From positions 1 through 43,310 of the forward strand of contig DASRGZ010000099.1 in the NCBI GenBank assembly GCA_035650735.1: a DNA stretch of 43,310 nucleotides, read 5' to 3'. The position numbers and the translations under genes are program-made. The DNA is from Chthonomonadaceae bacterium (GTDB lineage: Bacteria; Armatimonadota; Chthonomonadetes; Chthonomonadales; Chthonomonadaceae). The notes beneath the pieces were generated by a model, which was given only the letters and a program-made list of their open reading frames with translations, did not search any database and was not told where the DNA came from. This document shows positions 10,105 through 19,027 of the stretch, piece after piece (positions within the stretch are counted from its first letter, which is position 1; every line of letters starts with the position of its first letter).

Positions 10105-10206
10105 AGCCGCCGCGCATCCCTCTTGGGAGGAAAACCGGGAAGCAAGGCAAACACAGCCAGCAGCGCGCCCGTGCAGTGGCGCCTACCTGTTGGGAGGAAA
10201 ACTCGG

Positions 10207-10992
10207 GTGAGACTGAGGGGGCGTACCAGCCTGGTCACAGGGAGCAATCGCGGTATCGGGGCCGGAATTGCGTTGCGTCTGGCGGCAGAAGGCGCGGACG
10301 TGGCGATCAATTACCTGGACGGGGAGGAAGAGGCCGAGACGATTGCCGCGCAAATCCGCCAGATGGGACGGCGTGCCTTGCTGGTACCCGCCGACTTGCG
10401 GGACCCGCCTGCTCTGGAACGGATGATGACCCAGGTGTTCGAAGCCTTCGGCACGCTGCATATCCTGGTCAACAATGCCGGCATCGGTATCTTCTCTCCC
10501 TTTCTGGAAACCTCGCTGCAAACCTGGACGGACACGATAGATACCAACCTGCGTGCGGCGTTTCTCTGCTCCCAGATCGCGGCCCGGCACATGGCCGCGC
10601 GCAAGTTCGGGCGTATCCTCCATATCACCAGCACCGGCAGCCAGGTCGCCATTCCCCAGTTGGCCCACTACTGCGCGTCCAAAGCGGGACTGGCGATGCT
10701 GGCGAAGGCGCTGGCGGTCGAGCTCGGCCCTCTGGGAATCACCGTCAACGCCGTCGGCCCCAGCACCATCCGCACCCAGATGAACGCGGCCCTGCTCGAC
10801 ATGGACAACATGGAGGCGCGGGAGGCGGCCCTGAACCCGACCCGCCGCATCGGCACGCCGGACGATATTGCGGCGATGGTTGCCTTCCTTGCCTCCGATG
10901 AGGCCGATTGGGTGAACGGGCAGAACATCCTCGTGGACGGCGGCCTCACAGCCATGTCCCCACAGCCGCCTTATCAAATTACAAGGGAGTAA
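10207..10992 (+). CDS. Short-chain dehydrogenase/reductase (glucose 1-dehydrogenase/FabG-like)
   Basis: TGSNRGIG, NNAG, catalytic YCASK. GTG start at 10207 after GGAGG. Confidence 0.92.
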   Translation: MRLRGRTSLVTGSNRGIGAGIALRLAAEGADVAINYLDGEEEAETIAAQIRQMGRRALLVPADLRDPPALERMMTQVFEAFGTLHILVNNAGIGIFSPFLETSLQTWTDTIDTNLRAAFLCSQIAARHMAARKFGRILHITSTGSQVAIPQLAHYCASKAGLAMLAKALAVELGPLGITVNAVGPSTIRTQMNAALLDMDNMEAREAALNPTRRIGTPDDIAAMVAFLASDEADWVNGQNILVDGGLTAMSPQPPYQITRE

Positions 10993-11058
10993 TGGGCGTC
11001 TTCAGCAAAGCAAACACGCTCGCCCGGCACCTTATCCAGTCACAAGGGGGAATGGACA

Positions 11059-11955
11059 TTGAAACGCATCTCCATCGGAACGTGGGCCTACACCATCGGC
11101 CCTTACGCGGCGCACCCGGTTCCCTTCGACGAAGTGGTGCAAAAGCTGGCCGCGCTCCGCTTCGACGGCCTGGATCTGGGCAGCTTTGCGCCTCACCCGA
11201 CCCCCGACGCCTTTCCCACCAAAGCGGCGCGGCGGGAACTGCGCCAGCGCGCCGCGGATAGCGGCCTGACGTTCGCCTCGCTGGTTCCTGACCTCTGGAG
11301 CCTGCAACTGCTCAACACCGACAACCCCTCCGTCTATCTCGATCACTTCCGTACGGCCCTGGAGTTTGCCGCCGACCTGGGTGTGGATTGCGTTCGCGTG
11401 GACACCGTGCAGCCGCCCACGATTTTTGACGAAGTCCCGGAGCCGGTCGCGCGGGAGCGCGTCGTCAACACCTGGCGTAAAGCGACACAGGAAGCCGCCG
11501 ACCGGGGTATCCGTGTCGTCTGGGAGTTCGAGCCGGGGTTCGCCTTCAACAAGCCGTCCGACATTCTCGGCATCCTTGAGGAGGTCGGCCATCCCAACTT
11601 CAGCGCGCTATTTGACACCTGCCACGCCCATATGTGCGCTGCCGTCGGCGCGCGACAGCCCGGCGAACGCGAAACCCTGCCCGGCGGCGCGCTGGAACTC
11701 GCCCGTAAATTACGCGGCAAGATCGGCCATATCCACCTTATCGACTCGGACGGCACACTCCATGATGATGAGACGTCCACACACGCGCCTTTTGGCGACG
11801 GCGTTCTCGACTTCGACGCGCTCCTTCCGGAACTTAACCAATCCGGCTGTCCCAGCGACTGGTGGACGATAGACCTTTGCTTCTGGCCGGACGCCTGGGC
11901 CGTGACGGAACGCTGCAAAACCGCTGTGGATAAGCTGAACGCGAAATATGGCTGA
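11059..11955 (+). CDS. Sugar phosphate isomerase/epimerase (xylose isomerase-like TIM barrel)
   Basis: WEFEPGF, FDTCHAH, HIHLIDSDG metal-binding motifs. Confidence 0.88.
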   Translation: MKRISIGTWAYTIGPYAAHPVPFDEVVQKLAALRFDGLDLGSFAPHPTPDAFPTKAARRELRQRAADSGLTFASLVPDLWSLQLLNTDNPSVYLDHFRTALEFAADLGVDCVRVDTVQPPTIFDEVPEPVARERVVNTWRKATQEAADRGIRVVWEFEPGFAFNKPSDILGILEEVGHPNFSALFDTCHAHMCAAVGARQPGERETLPGGALELARKLRGKIGHIHLIDSDGTLHDDETSTHAPFGDGVLDFDALLPELNQSGCPSDWWTIDLCFWPDAWAVTERCKTAVDKLNAKYG

Positions 11956-11970
11956 GCGAGGGAGAGCGAT

Positions 11971-13110
11971 ATGCGCAAACTGAACGTCGGGATTATCGGC
12001 TACGGTTTCATGGGGCGGGCGCACTCCAATGCCTATCGGCAGGTGAACCGCTTCTTTGATCTGGACATCGAGCCGGTACTGAAGGCGGCCTGCGCACGGA
12101 ACGAGGGCAAAGTACGGGATTTCGCCGCGCGCTGGGGATGGGAATCCGTCGAGACGGATTGGCGGCGGCTGATAGAACGGCAGGATATTGACGCCATTGA
12201 CATCGCCAGCCCCAACAACACGCACCACGAGATCGCTCTGGCAGCGGCGGCAGCCGGTAAAATCATCCTCTGCGAGAAGCCGTTGGCGATGAACGGCGCG
12301 CAAGCGCGGGAGATGACGGAGGCGGTCGAGAAGGCCGGCGTCGCCAATATGGTCTGGTTCAACTATCGCCGGGTGCCGGCGGTCGCGCTGGCGCGTCAGA
12401 TCGTGGCGGAAGGTCGGATCGGACGGCCATTCCACTATCGCGCGCAATACTTGCAGGATTGGACGATCAGCCCCAACCTGCCGCTCGGCGGACAGACCCT
12501 CTGGCGGCTGGATGCCGAGGTCGCGGGCGCGGGCGTCTCGGGTGACCTTATTTCCCACTCGGTAGACACGGCGCTCTGGCTCAATGGCCCGATCACGGCG
12601 GTCACGGCGATGACGGAGATATTTATCAAGGAGCGGCCCGTACAGGACGAACCGGGCCAGCGCAAAGCCGTCACCATTGACGACGCCTGCCAGTTCATGT
12701 GCCGCTTCGCAAACGGCTCGCTGGGCCTGTTCGAGTCCACGCGCTACGCCCGGGGCCGCAAGAACTACAACACGCTGGAACTGAACGGGGACAAAGCCTC
12801 GCTCTACTTCGACCTGGAAGACCCGCACCGCCTCCAGTTCTACGATCACGGCGACCCCGACCATCTGCACGGCTGGCGCAATATCCACGTCACCGGCTCC
12901 GAGCATCCTTACATGAAGCACTGGTGGGTTCCCGGCACGACCATCGGCTACGAACATACCTTCACTAACGCGCTTGCCGACTTTCTGCAAGGGCTGGCGA
13001 CCGGGCAACCCGCACAGCCGACCTTCCGCGAGGGGCTGGCGACGCAGTTGGCGCTGGACGCGATTCTAGCTTCCGCGAAGAGCGGGGCCTGGGTGGACGT
13101 CGGCTCATGA
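11971..13110 (+). CDS. Gfo/Idh/MocA family oxidoreductase
   Basis: [12 protein letters not shown]ossmann motif, [14 protein letters not shown]. Confidence 0.93.
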   Translation: MRKLNVGIIGYGFMGRAHSNAYRQVNRFFDLDIEPVLKAACARNEGKVRDFAARWGWESVETDWRRLIERQDIDAIDIASPNNTHHEIALAAAAAGKIILCEKPLAMNGAQAREMTEAVEKAGVANMVWFNYRRVPAVALARQIVAEGRIGRPFHYRAQYLQDWTISPNLPLGGQTLWRLDAEVAGAGVSGDLISHSVDTALWLNGPITAVTAMTEIFIKERPVQDEPGQRKAVTIDDACQFMCRFANGSLGLFESTRYARGRKNYNTLELNGDKASLYFDLEDPHRLQFYDHGDPDHLHGWRNIHVTGSEHPYMKHWWVPGTTIGYEHTFTNALADFLQGLATGQPAQPTFREGLATQLALDAILASAKSGAWVDVGS

Positions 13111-13952
13111 AACTCGGAATCAATATGCTCCTGTGGACGACGCAGGTCGGCGAAGAGCATTTTCCGTTGCTGGCGGAACTGAAGGCCCTCGGCTACGACG
13201 GCGTGGAATTCCCCATCTTCACGCCCGATGACGCCCGCTACCGGAAGGTACGCGCGGAACTGGACAACCTGGGCCTGGAATGCACCACTGTCGCGGTTGT
13301 TACCCAGGAGGCCAACCCCATCAGCCCGGAGGCGTCGGTGCGCCGCGCCGCGGTCGAGGCCATCAAGCAGGCCATCCATACCACGTACCTCCTCGGCGGC
13401 AAGGTGCTGTGCGGCCCGCTCCACTCGGCGCTGGGCCATTTTGTAGGCCGAAGCCGCACCGAAGACGAGTGGAAATGGTGCGTGGAGACGCTCCAACAGG
13501 TCGGCGATTTCGCAGCGCAGGCGGACGTGACGCTCGCCGTCGAACCCCTCAACCGCTTCGAGTGCTACTTCCTGAACATCGCACACGACGCCCGGCGTCT
13601 GGTAGATGCGGTCGCGCATCCCCGTGTCCGCGCTATGTACGACACGTTCCACGCCAACATTGAGGAGCGGAGCATCAGAGACGCCCTCGCCGCCCTCGCG
13701 CCGGTACTTGCGCACGTCCACATTTCCGAGAACCATCGCGGCACGCCGGGAGACGGCCTTGTGCGCTGGCCGGAGACCTTCGCCGCCCTGAAAGCCAGCA
13801 GCTACGATGGCTGGCTGACCATCGAAGCCTTCGGGCGTTCCCTCCCTGACCTCGCTGCCGCTATCTGCATCTGGCGTGACCTTTTCGACAGCGAAATGGA
13901 ACTGGCGCGGCAAGGACTGCAATTCATGCGTGACCATTGGAATAGCGGGTGA
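13107..13952 (+). CDS. D-psicose/D-tagatose 3-epimerase family TIM-barrel protein
   Basis: [37 protein letters not shown]; overlaps the upstream stop (ATGA). Confidence 0.9.
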   Translation: MKLGINMLLWTTQVGEEHFPLLAELKALGYDGVEFPIFTPDDARYRKVRAELDNLGLECTTVAVVTQEANPISPEASVRRAAVEAIKQAIHTTYLLGGKVLCGPLHSALGHFVGRSRTEDEWKWCVETLQQVGDFAAQADVTLAVEPLNRFECYFLNIAHDARRLVDAVAHPRVRAMYDTFHANIEERSIRDALAALAPVLAHVHISENHRGTPGDGLVRWPETFAALKASSYDGWLTIEAFGRSLPDLAAAICIWRDLFDSEMELARQGLQFMRDHWNSG

Positions 13953-14028
13953 TCGGCGCGGCGGAAGCCAGCCTTCCAGGAGGCGGCGACGAAGAGGGCC
14001 GACCGATTGCGGCGTGAGAGGAAATCCT

Positions 14029-15042
14029 ATGAACTGCGAACCGCGCGGTCAGCAGACAAATGCCATACGCTGGCTGCAAAAGAAAGTCATGGAAAGGGCG
14101 CGTGCGTTACCGCGCGACTTTAGGAATTGCGCAGAATGGGAGAGCTTTCGCGCGAAGATACGAGCGGAACTGCCCCGCGTGATCGGGATGCCCGCCTTCC
14201 CGCCACTTCAGGAGAGCCGGGTGCGGTCGCGGATACGGGTGGGAGAAGGGGCCCTCTGTGAGCGGATGGATGTCTTCGTGGATGAGGACTATGCGATCCC
14301 GGCGTTCGTCTTCCTTCCGGCCCAACCGCTTGAGCGTCCCCGGCCCGCGCTGGTCTGGAATCCGGGCTGGCCCGAAGACAAGTGGAAGCCAGCGTACCAG
14401 GCGTTCGCCGTGCGCATGGCGCGACACGGGTACGTGACGCTGATCCCCGACCACGCGCCGTTCGGCGAGACTTCGGCGTTCGAGGACAAGGCCGACAGAG
14501 GCATGACGCTCATGCAGGGCATGGGCGACGTGCTGGGCATCAGTCAACTGGCGCTGCGCGCTGCGGAGACGATGCGCTGCGGGGAGTACCTGCGCTCCCG
14601 CGAGGACGTGGACGCCGCGCGGGTCGCCGTGTCGGGGCTATGCCAGGGCGGCATGGACACCTGGCTTGCGGGCGCACTCGACGAACGCTTCTGCGCCGCC
14701 GCGCCGCTCTGCTCGGCCTCCACCTTCGCTATTCACGCGGTCGAGATGGCCTCCTACTTTGCCAACGCCGACTCCTCGCCGTTCCCGTTCGGCATTCTCA
14801 ACGTCTGCGATGTAGAACACTTACACGCGGCCATCGCGCCGCGCCCGCTCCTGGTACGCGCGAACCTGCCGGATCAGTGGTGGCCGGTGAGCGCGTTGGG
14901 CGAGATAGAGACGTTTACACGGCAGATATACCGACTCTACGGGGCGGAAGAGCGCGTAGACTTCCGCGCGGAAGTCCACGAACACAATCTGACAGGACCG
15001 TTCGCCGACGCCCTGGAGCAGTTCCTCCTGACCTACGTTTGA
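14029..15042 (+). CDS. Alpha/beta hydrolase (acetylxylan esterase/dienelactone hydrolase-like)
   Basis: YLRSREDVDAARVAVSGLCQGG nucleophile elbow with Cys, AAIAPRPLL, C-terminal His (EHNL). Confidence 0.8.
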   Translation: MNCEPRGQQTNAIRWLQKKVMERARALPRDFRNCAEWESFRAKIRAELPRVIGMPAFPPLQESRVRSRIRVGEGALCERMDVFVDEDYAIPAFVFLPAQPLERPRPALVWNPGWPEDKWKPAYQAFAVRMARHGYVTLIPDHAPFGETSAFEDKADRGMTLMQGMGDVLGISQLALRAAETMRCGEYLRSREDVDAARVAVSGLCQGGMDTWLAGALDERFCAAAPLCSASTFAIHAVEMASYFANADSSPFPFGILNVCDVEHLHAAIAPRPLLVRANLPDQWWPVSALGEIETFTRQIYRLYGAEERVDFRAEVHEHNLTGPFADALEQFLLTYV

Positions 15043-15065
15043 CCCGAATGAAGGAGAAACTCGCC

Positions 15066-16559
15066 ATGAATGAATTATCCGTCACCACAGCGCTCACCGT
15101 GCCCATTCTTTGCGGTGGAAAATGGATGCACCCTCCTGCCGAAAACTTCCACAATGTTTATAATCCCTCCACCGGAGAGGTGATCGCCCGGACGCCCCTG
15201 TGCGGCTACCGGGAGGTAGACGCCATCGTGCAGGCCGCCACCAAAGCCTTCCCCTCCTGGTCGCAAACGCCCGCGCCGAAGCGGTCGGAACTCCTCTTTC
15301 GTTATCGCGCTCTGCTGGAAGCCCATGCGGAAGAGATCAGCAGGCTCATCACGCGAGAGAACGGCAAGACGCTGGAGGAGGCGCGCGGGGATGTGAAGCG
15401 CGGTCTGGAAGTGGTGGACTTTGCCTGCGGTATTGCCCATCTCAGCAAGGGCGAGAGTCTGCCTCAGGTGGCCGATCAGATCGATGCCGTCACGATGCGC
15501 GAGCCTCTCGGCGTCTGTGCGGGCATCACGCCGTTCAACTTTCCCGCGATGGTTCCAATGTGGATGTTTCCGCTAGCGATTGCCTGCGGCAATACTTTTA
15601 TTCTCAAGCCGAGCGAAAAGGTTCCACTTACAGCCTGCCGCCTGGCAGAGCTCTTCCAGGAAGCGGGGCTGCCGGATGGCGTGTTCAACATCGTGCAGGG
15701 CGGTAAAGAGGCTGTCGAGGCGCTCTGCTCCCATCCCGGAATCGCGGCGATCAGTTTCGTGGGGTCTTCGGCAGCAGCCCGTCACGTCTACGCACTCGCC
15801 TGTGCGAACGGGAAGCGGGCGCAGGCGGCGGGCGGGGCCAAGAACCTGCTGCTCGTCATGCCGGACGCCGAGCCGGACTCGACCCTCCGCGCCATCATGG
15901 GAGCCGCGTTCGGGTGCGCGGGTCAGCGCTGCATGGCCGGTTCGGTGCTGATGGGTATCGGCGCGTGCGCGGACACTGTCCGCGACCGGGTCGTCGAAGC
16001 CGCGGAGCGGTTGAAAGTGGGCGACACCAGCGCCAACGACGCGGCACAGATGGGGCCGGTTATTGACCAGAGCGCCCAAAAGCGAATCCAGAGGGAGATT
16101 GGACGCGCTGCCGAGGAGGGAGCGCGCCTGGTGCGTGACGGACGCGAGGGGGTCCCACCGCGCGGATTTTTCGTCGGGCCGACCCTCTTCGATAGCGTCA
16201 CGCCCGACATGACGCTTTTCCGCGAGGAAATCTTCGGGCCGGTGCTTTCCATGCTGCGTCCCGCCTCGTTAGAGGAGGCCATTCACTGGATGAACCGCCT
16301 TCCCTACGGGAATGGCGCGACCCTCTTTACCTCCAGCGGTCACTCCGCCCGGCAGTTCGCCCACGAGATGCAGTGCGGCATGATCGGGATCAACGTGGGC
16401 GTTCCCGCGCCGATGGCGCTGTTTCCGTTCACGGGCTGGAATGGGTCGTTCTTCGGCGACCTGCACGTTCAAGGGATGGAAGGCGTTCAGTTTTATACGC
16501 GCCAGAAGGTTGTCCTCACACGTTGGGACAGCCGCTATCAACGTCATCAGGGATGGTAG
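15066..16559 (+). CDS. mmsA: CoA-acylating methylmalonate/malonate-semialdehyde dehydrogenase (MmsA/IolA)
   Basis: GITPFNFPAMVPMW, ILKPSEKVP, FGCAGQRCMA (catalytic Cys), EEIFGPVL, GMIGINVGVPAP. AAGGAG RBS before ATG 15066. Confidence 0.93.
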   Translation: MNELSVTTALTVPILCGGKWMHPPAENFHNVYNPSTGEVIARTPLCGYREVDAIVQAATKAFPSWSQTPAPKRSELLFRYRALLEAHAEEISRLITRENGKTLEEARGDVKRGLEVVDFACGIAHLSKGESLPQVADQIDAVTMREPLGVCAGITPFNFPAMVPMWMFPLAIACGNTFILKPSEKVPLTACRLAELFQEAGLPDGVFNIVQGGKEAVEALCSHPGIAAISFVGSSAAARHVYALACANGKRAQAAGGAKNLLLVMPDAEPDSTLRAIMGAAFGCAGQRCMAGSVLMGIGACADTVRDRVVEAAERLKVGDTSANDAAQMGPVIDQSAQKRIQREIGRAAEEGARLVRDGREGVPPRGFFVGPTLFDSVTPDMTLFREEIFGPVLSMLRPASLEEAIHWMNRLPYGNGATLFTSSGHSARQFAHEMQCGMIGINVGVPAPMALFPFTGWNGSFFGDLHVQGMEGVQFYTRQKVVLTRWDSRYQRHQGW

Positions 16560-16576
16560 GGAGGCGGGAAAAACAG

Positions 16577-16738
16577 TTGCAACGTTTCAGATTGCTTTCC
16601 ACCATGCTCATCGGAGCGCGAGCCAGCCAGGAACTGCCCGCGCAGGTCGCGCGGCTTGAAGCCAGACGGGTTCTGCTGGTGACGGACCGTTTCTTCGCGC
16701 AAAACGGTTTGGCAGCTCGCTTTGCTCACAGGACCTAA
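16577..16738 (+). pseudogene. N-terminal fragment of an iron-containing alcohol dehydrogenase
   Basis: GGAGG RBS then TTG: MQRFRLLSTMLIGARASQELPAQVARLEARRVLLVTDRFFAQNGL. This is the Fe-ADH N-terminal pattern; it ends after 53 aa against the convergent ggt stop. Confidence 0.65.
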
Positions 16739-18390
16739 TCCCGGAGGTTGGAACCCGTTCCGCTTAGTCCCGCCGCGTGTCGGTGGGCCGCTGGATCGCC
16801 GGCGGCATGGAACACGCCTCTCTGCGGATCCCTGTAGAGCATGACAGGGCTTCCGATGGGGCCGGTGGCCACCTCAATCGTATGGCCGCGACGAGCCAAC
16901 TCGGCGCGCACACTCTGGCTGACTGCCGTATTGAGGACTAATGAGCCTGCCTGAAGAAATGTCTGCGCCCGATTAGGGTTGGGATCAAACGAGTCCTGAT
17001 GATGGTGCGTGGCAAAACGGGGCGCCCTGACGGCTTCTTCCGGCAGCATTCCGAACTCGATGAAATCCAGCAGCAGATTGAGCGTTGTCTGGTCTTGCAG
17101 ATCGCCGCCCGCCACACTGATCGCCAGAACCGGCCGGTCGTTCTGGAGGACGAGCGTGGGGGTCAGCGTAATGCGCGGGCGCTTCCCGGGCTGGATACAG
17201 TTGGGATGCCCCGGTACCGTATTCAGGCTAACCAGGCGGTTGCTGTAGGTAACTCCGGTGCGGCCGCCATCGTAATTTTCCACGTTGGCGCTCGGTGTCG
17301 CCGAGACGACATTGCCCCAGCGGTCCGCCACCACACAGGTTGTTGTCCCGCCAATCCCCGGCCTGAACTGGCCGGATCCTTTGAGCGGCTGCATCTTGAG
17401 CGGATCGCCTGGGCGGGCCTCCAGGGAAGCGTGCTGCCTATCAATCAGAGGTCGCCGGACTTGGGTATACGCATCCGAAAGGAGCTCTGTCAACGGGACG
17501 TCAGCAAAGGCGGGATCCCCATAGTACGCATCGCGGTCGGCCATCGCCAGCTTGATGGCTTCAATCACAACATGTACATAGTCCGCCGAGAGATGGCCCA
17601 TGGCTTTCAGATCAAACCCTTCCAGCAAGCGCAAGGCCTGACACAGATAGGGTCCCTGAGTCCACGGTCCGCACTTGCACACTGTATACCCGCGATAGTT
17701 GACGGTGACGGGCTTTTCGATCCGTGTCTTATGCGCGGCGAGATCGGCCTTACGCAGGAATCCGCCCTGTTCGATGTAATCCGCTTCCAGATCGTCCGCT
17801 ATGTCGGAGCACTCCTTGTTCCGTCCGTAAAAACGATCCGAGACGGCCTGAAGCTTCTCTTCACGACTGCCGGAGGCCGCCTGCTCGGCCTCGATGAGCT
17901 TCCGCAGCGTAACGGCCAACTTCACCTGCCAGGGTTCTCTCCCGGCATCGAGAAGCGCTACCGCGGGTGCTGCCACGTCTGCGAAGGTCTTCGTGCCGTA
18001 GTGCTGGAGCGTGGTCGTGCAGAGATCGACGACTGAAGGCACGGGCGCAATTTTAATGTCGCCCCTTCTCGGGATCCCGTGGCGCATATACCACTCAATC
18101 GCTTCTTTCGACAGGGGCGCGGCTCCCTGGCCACAAAGGACTTTGGTCTCCTGCCTGTTTGCATCGAAGATAATCAACGGCACCTCTCCGCCAATGGAGC
18201 ATTGGCCATGATCGGTCACGTTGAGAGCCAGAATCGTGGCCACAGCTGCATCGGCGGCATTTCCGCCCTGCTCCAAAAGCGCAATCCCGGCGGCTACCGC
18301 CTCGGCAGCCCCCGCCGCGACCACACCGGTTTCACTAACCGCGTGCCATCCTATCTGCTGAGGATCTATGCTTTGCATCGGCATTCCCAT
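16735..18390 (-). CDS. Gamma-glutamyltransferase family (Ntn hydrolase), no obvious signal peptide
   Basis: GGNAADAAVA, SIGGE, KLAMADRDAYYGDP, autoprocessing GTTTCVVADRWGN, PGKRPRITLTP, GGDLQDQ. Confidence 0.92.
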   Translation of the reverse strand: MGMPMQSIDPQQIGWHAVSETGVVAAGAAEAVAAGIALLEQGGNAADAAVATILALNVTDHGQCSIGGEVPLIIFDANRQETKVLCGQGAAPLSKEAIEWYMRHGIPRRGDIKIAPVPSVVDLCTTTLQHYGTKTFADVAAPAVALLDAGREPWQVKLAVTLRKLIEAEQAASGSREEKLQAVSDRFYGRNKECSDIADDLEADYIEQGGFLRKADLAAHKTRIEKPVTVNYRGYTVCKCGPWTQGPYLCQALRLLEGFDLKAMGHLSADYVHVVIEAIKLAMADRDAYYGDPAFADVPLTELLSDAYTQVRRPLIDRQHASLEARPGDPLKMQPLKGSGQFRPGIGGTTTCVVADRWGNVVSATPSANVENYDGGRTGVTYSNRLVSLNTVPGHPNCIQPGKRPRITLTPTLVLQNDRPVLAISVAGGDLQDQTTLNLLLDFIEFGMLPEEAVRAPRFATHHHQDSFDPNPNRAQTFLQAGSLVLNTAVSQSVRAELARRGHTIEVATGPIGSPVMLYRDPQRGVFHAAGDPAAHRHAAGLSGTGSNLRD

Positions 18391-18544
18391 CCTATTGATC
18401 TAGGAGTCGTTTTCAGGTTGATTATACCCTGGATCTGATGCCCTTCGGGGCACCGCCGTGCATGAAAAGCCGGAAATGCGTACCCCTCGAACACCTCCCT
18501 CGAATGGTAGCAGTCCCTCCCGGTGGGTGGGGCCATTCCGTTCT

Positions 18545-18867
18545 GGCCCCCACCCCGGCCTGCGGCCACCCACTGCTAGGGTCGGTGCTGCGCACGCTCG
18601 CACCTCCGCCTAGCGATCCCCAAGGACAGGGGAGGGGAGAAGACCTCACCCCCAGCCCCTCTCCTTCTAAAGAAGAGGGGAGAGACAGAGTTGGCTTCTC
18701 GGTTCCCCCTCTCCTAGTATTGGGGATCGCCAGGCGGAGGGGTGTCGCTAGGCGGAGCCGGAGGCCGTAACTCCGGCGACCCTTGCAGTGGGCCGAACCA
18801 TTGCAGGCCCGACCCTGGCCGTCCATTGTAGCCCCGACCCTTGCAGTGGGGACAAGGGGTGAGGGCC
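18545..18867. repeat. BIME-like mosaic of three REP-like palindromes, two carrying inserted structured modules
   Basis: Units at 18545-18639, 18641-18682 and 18701-18867 of the CC(T/C)CACCCC..CCCCTCYCC..GG(A/G)GAGGGG type. Inserts at 18572-18616 and 18727-18847. The linker is homologous to 32484-32525 in inverted orientation. Confidence 0.85.
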
Positions 18868-18907
18868 ATAGGAGAAAACGGAAGGACCCTGCCGGTGGGT
18901 TGGGGCA

Positions 18908-18935
18908 GCAGGACGGACGGTCCAGCTTGGTGAAT
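18908..18935 (+). promoter_or_regulatory. Sigma-H-like promoter upstream of the GH42-like gene
   Basis: GCAGGA-18 bp-GAAT. Confidence 0.5.
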
Positions 18936-19027
18936 AGTACGTTCGGAGAAGCGTGTAGTATTCGCTTCCCGTGCGCCGGCGCTTTTCAGCCTGGAGGCGC
19001 TAGAAAGAACTTATCAGGAGTTACGTA

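Noticed and set aside
14382..15065. N-terminal extension of the 725-aa mmsA ORF (similar extensions on 13876, 10123, 27352, 6065)
   Set aside because: These mostly overlap upstream genes or intergenic DNA in an open alternative frame; family similarity and RBSs point to the downstream starts.
18422..18826. ORFs across the REP mosaic (also 32072..32787)
   Set aside because: Pro/Gly/Ser-rich translations of palindromic repeats, with no RBS or family signal.
18727..18847. Short repeated units as a possible CRISPR array
   Set aside because: Units are about 13 bp, degenerate, of two kinds in L..R order with irregular spacing; there are no cas genes in the window.
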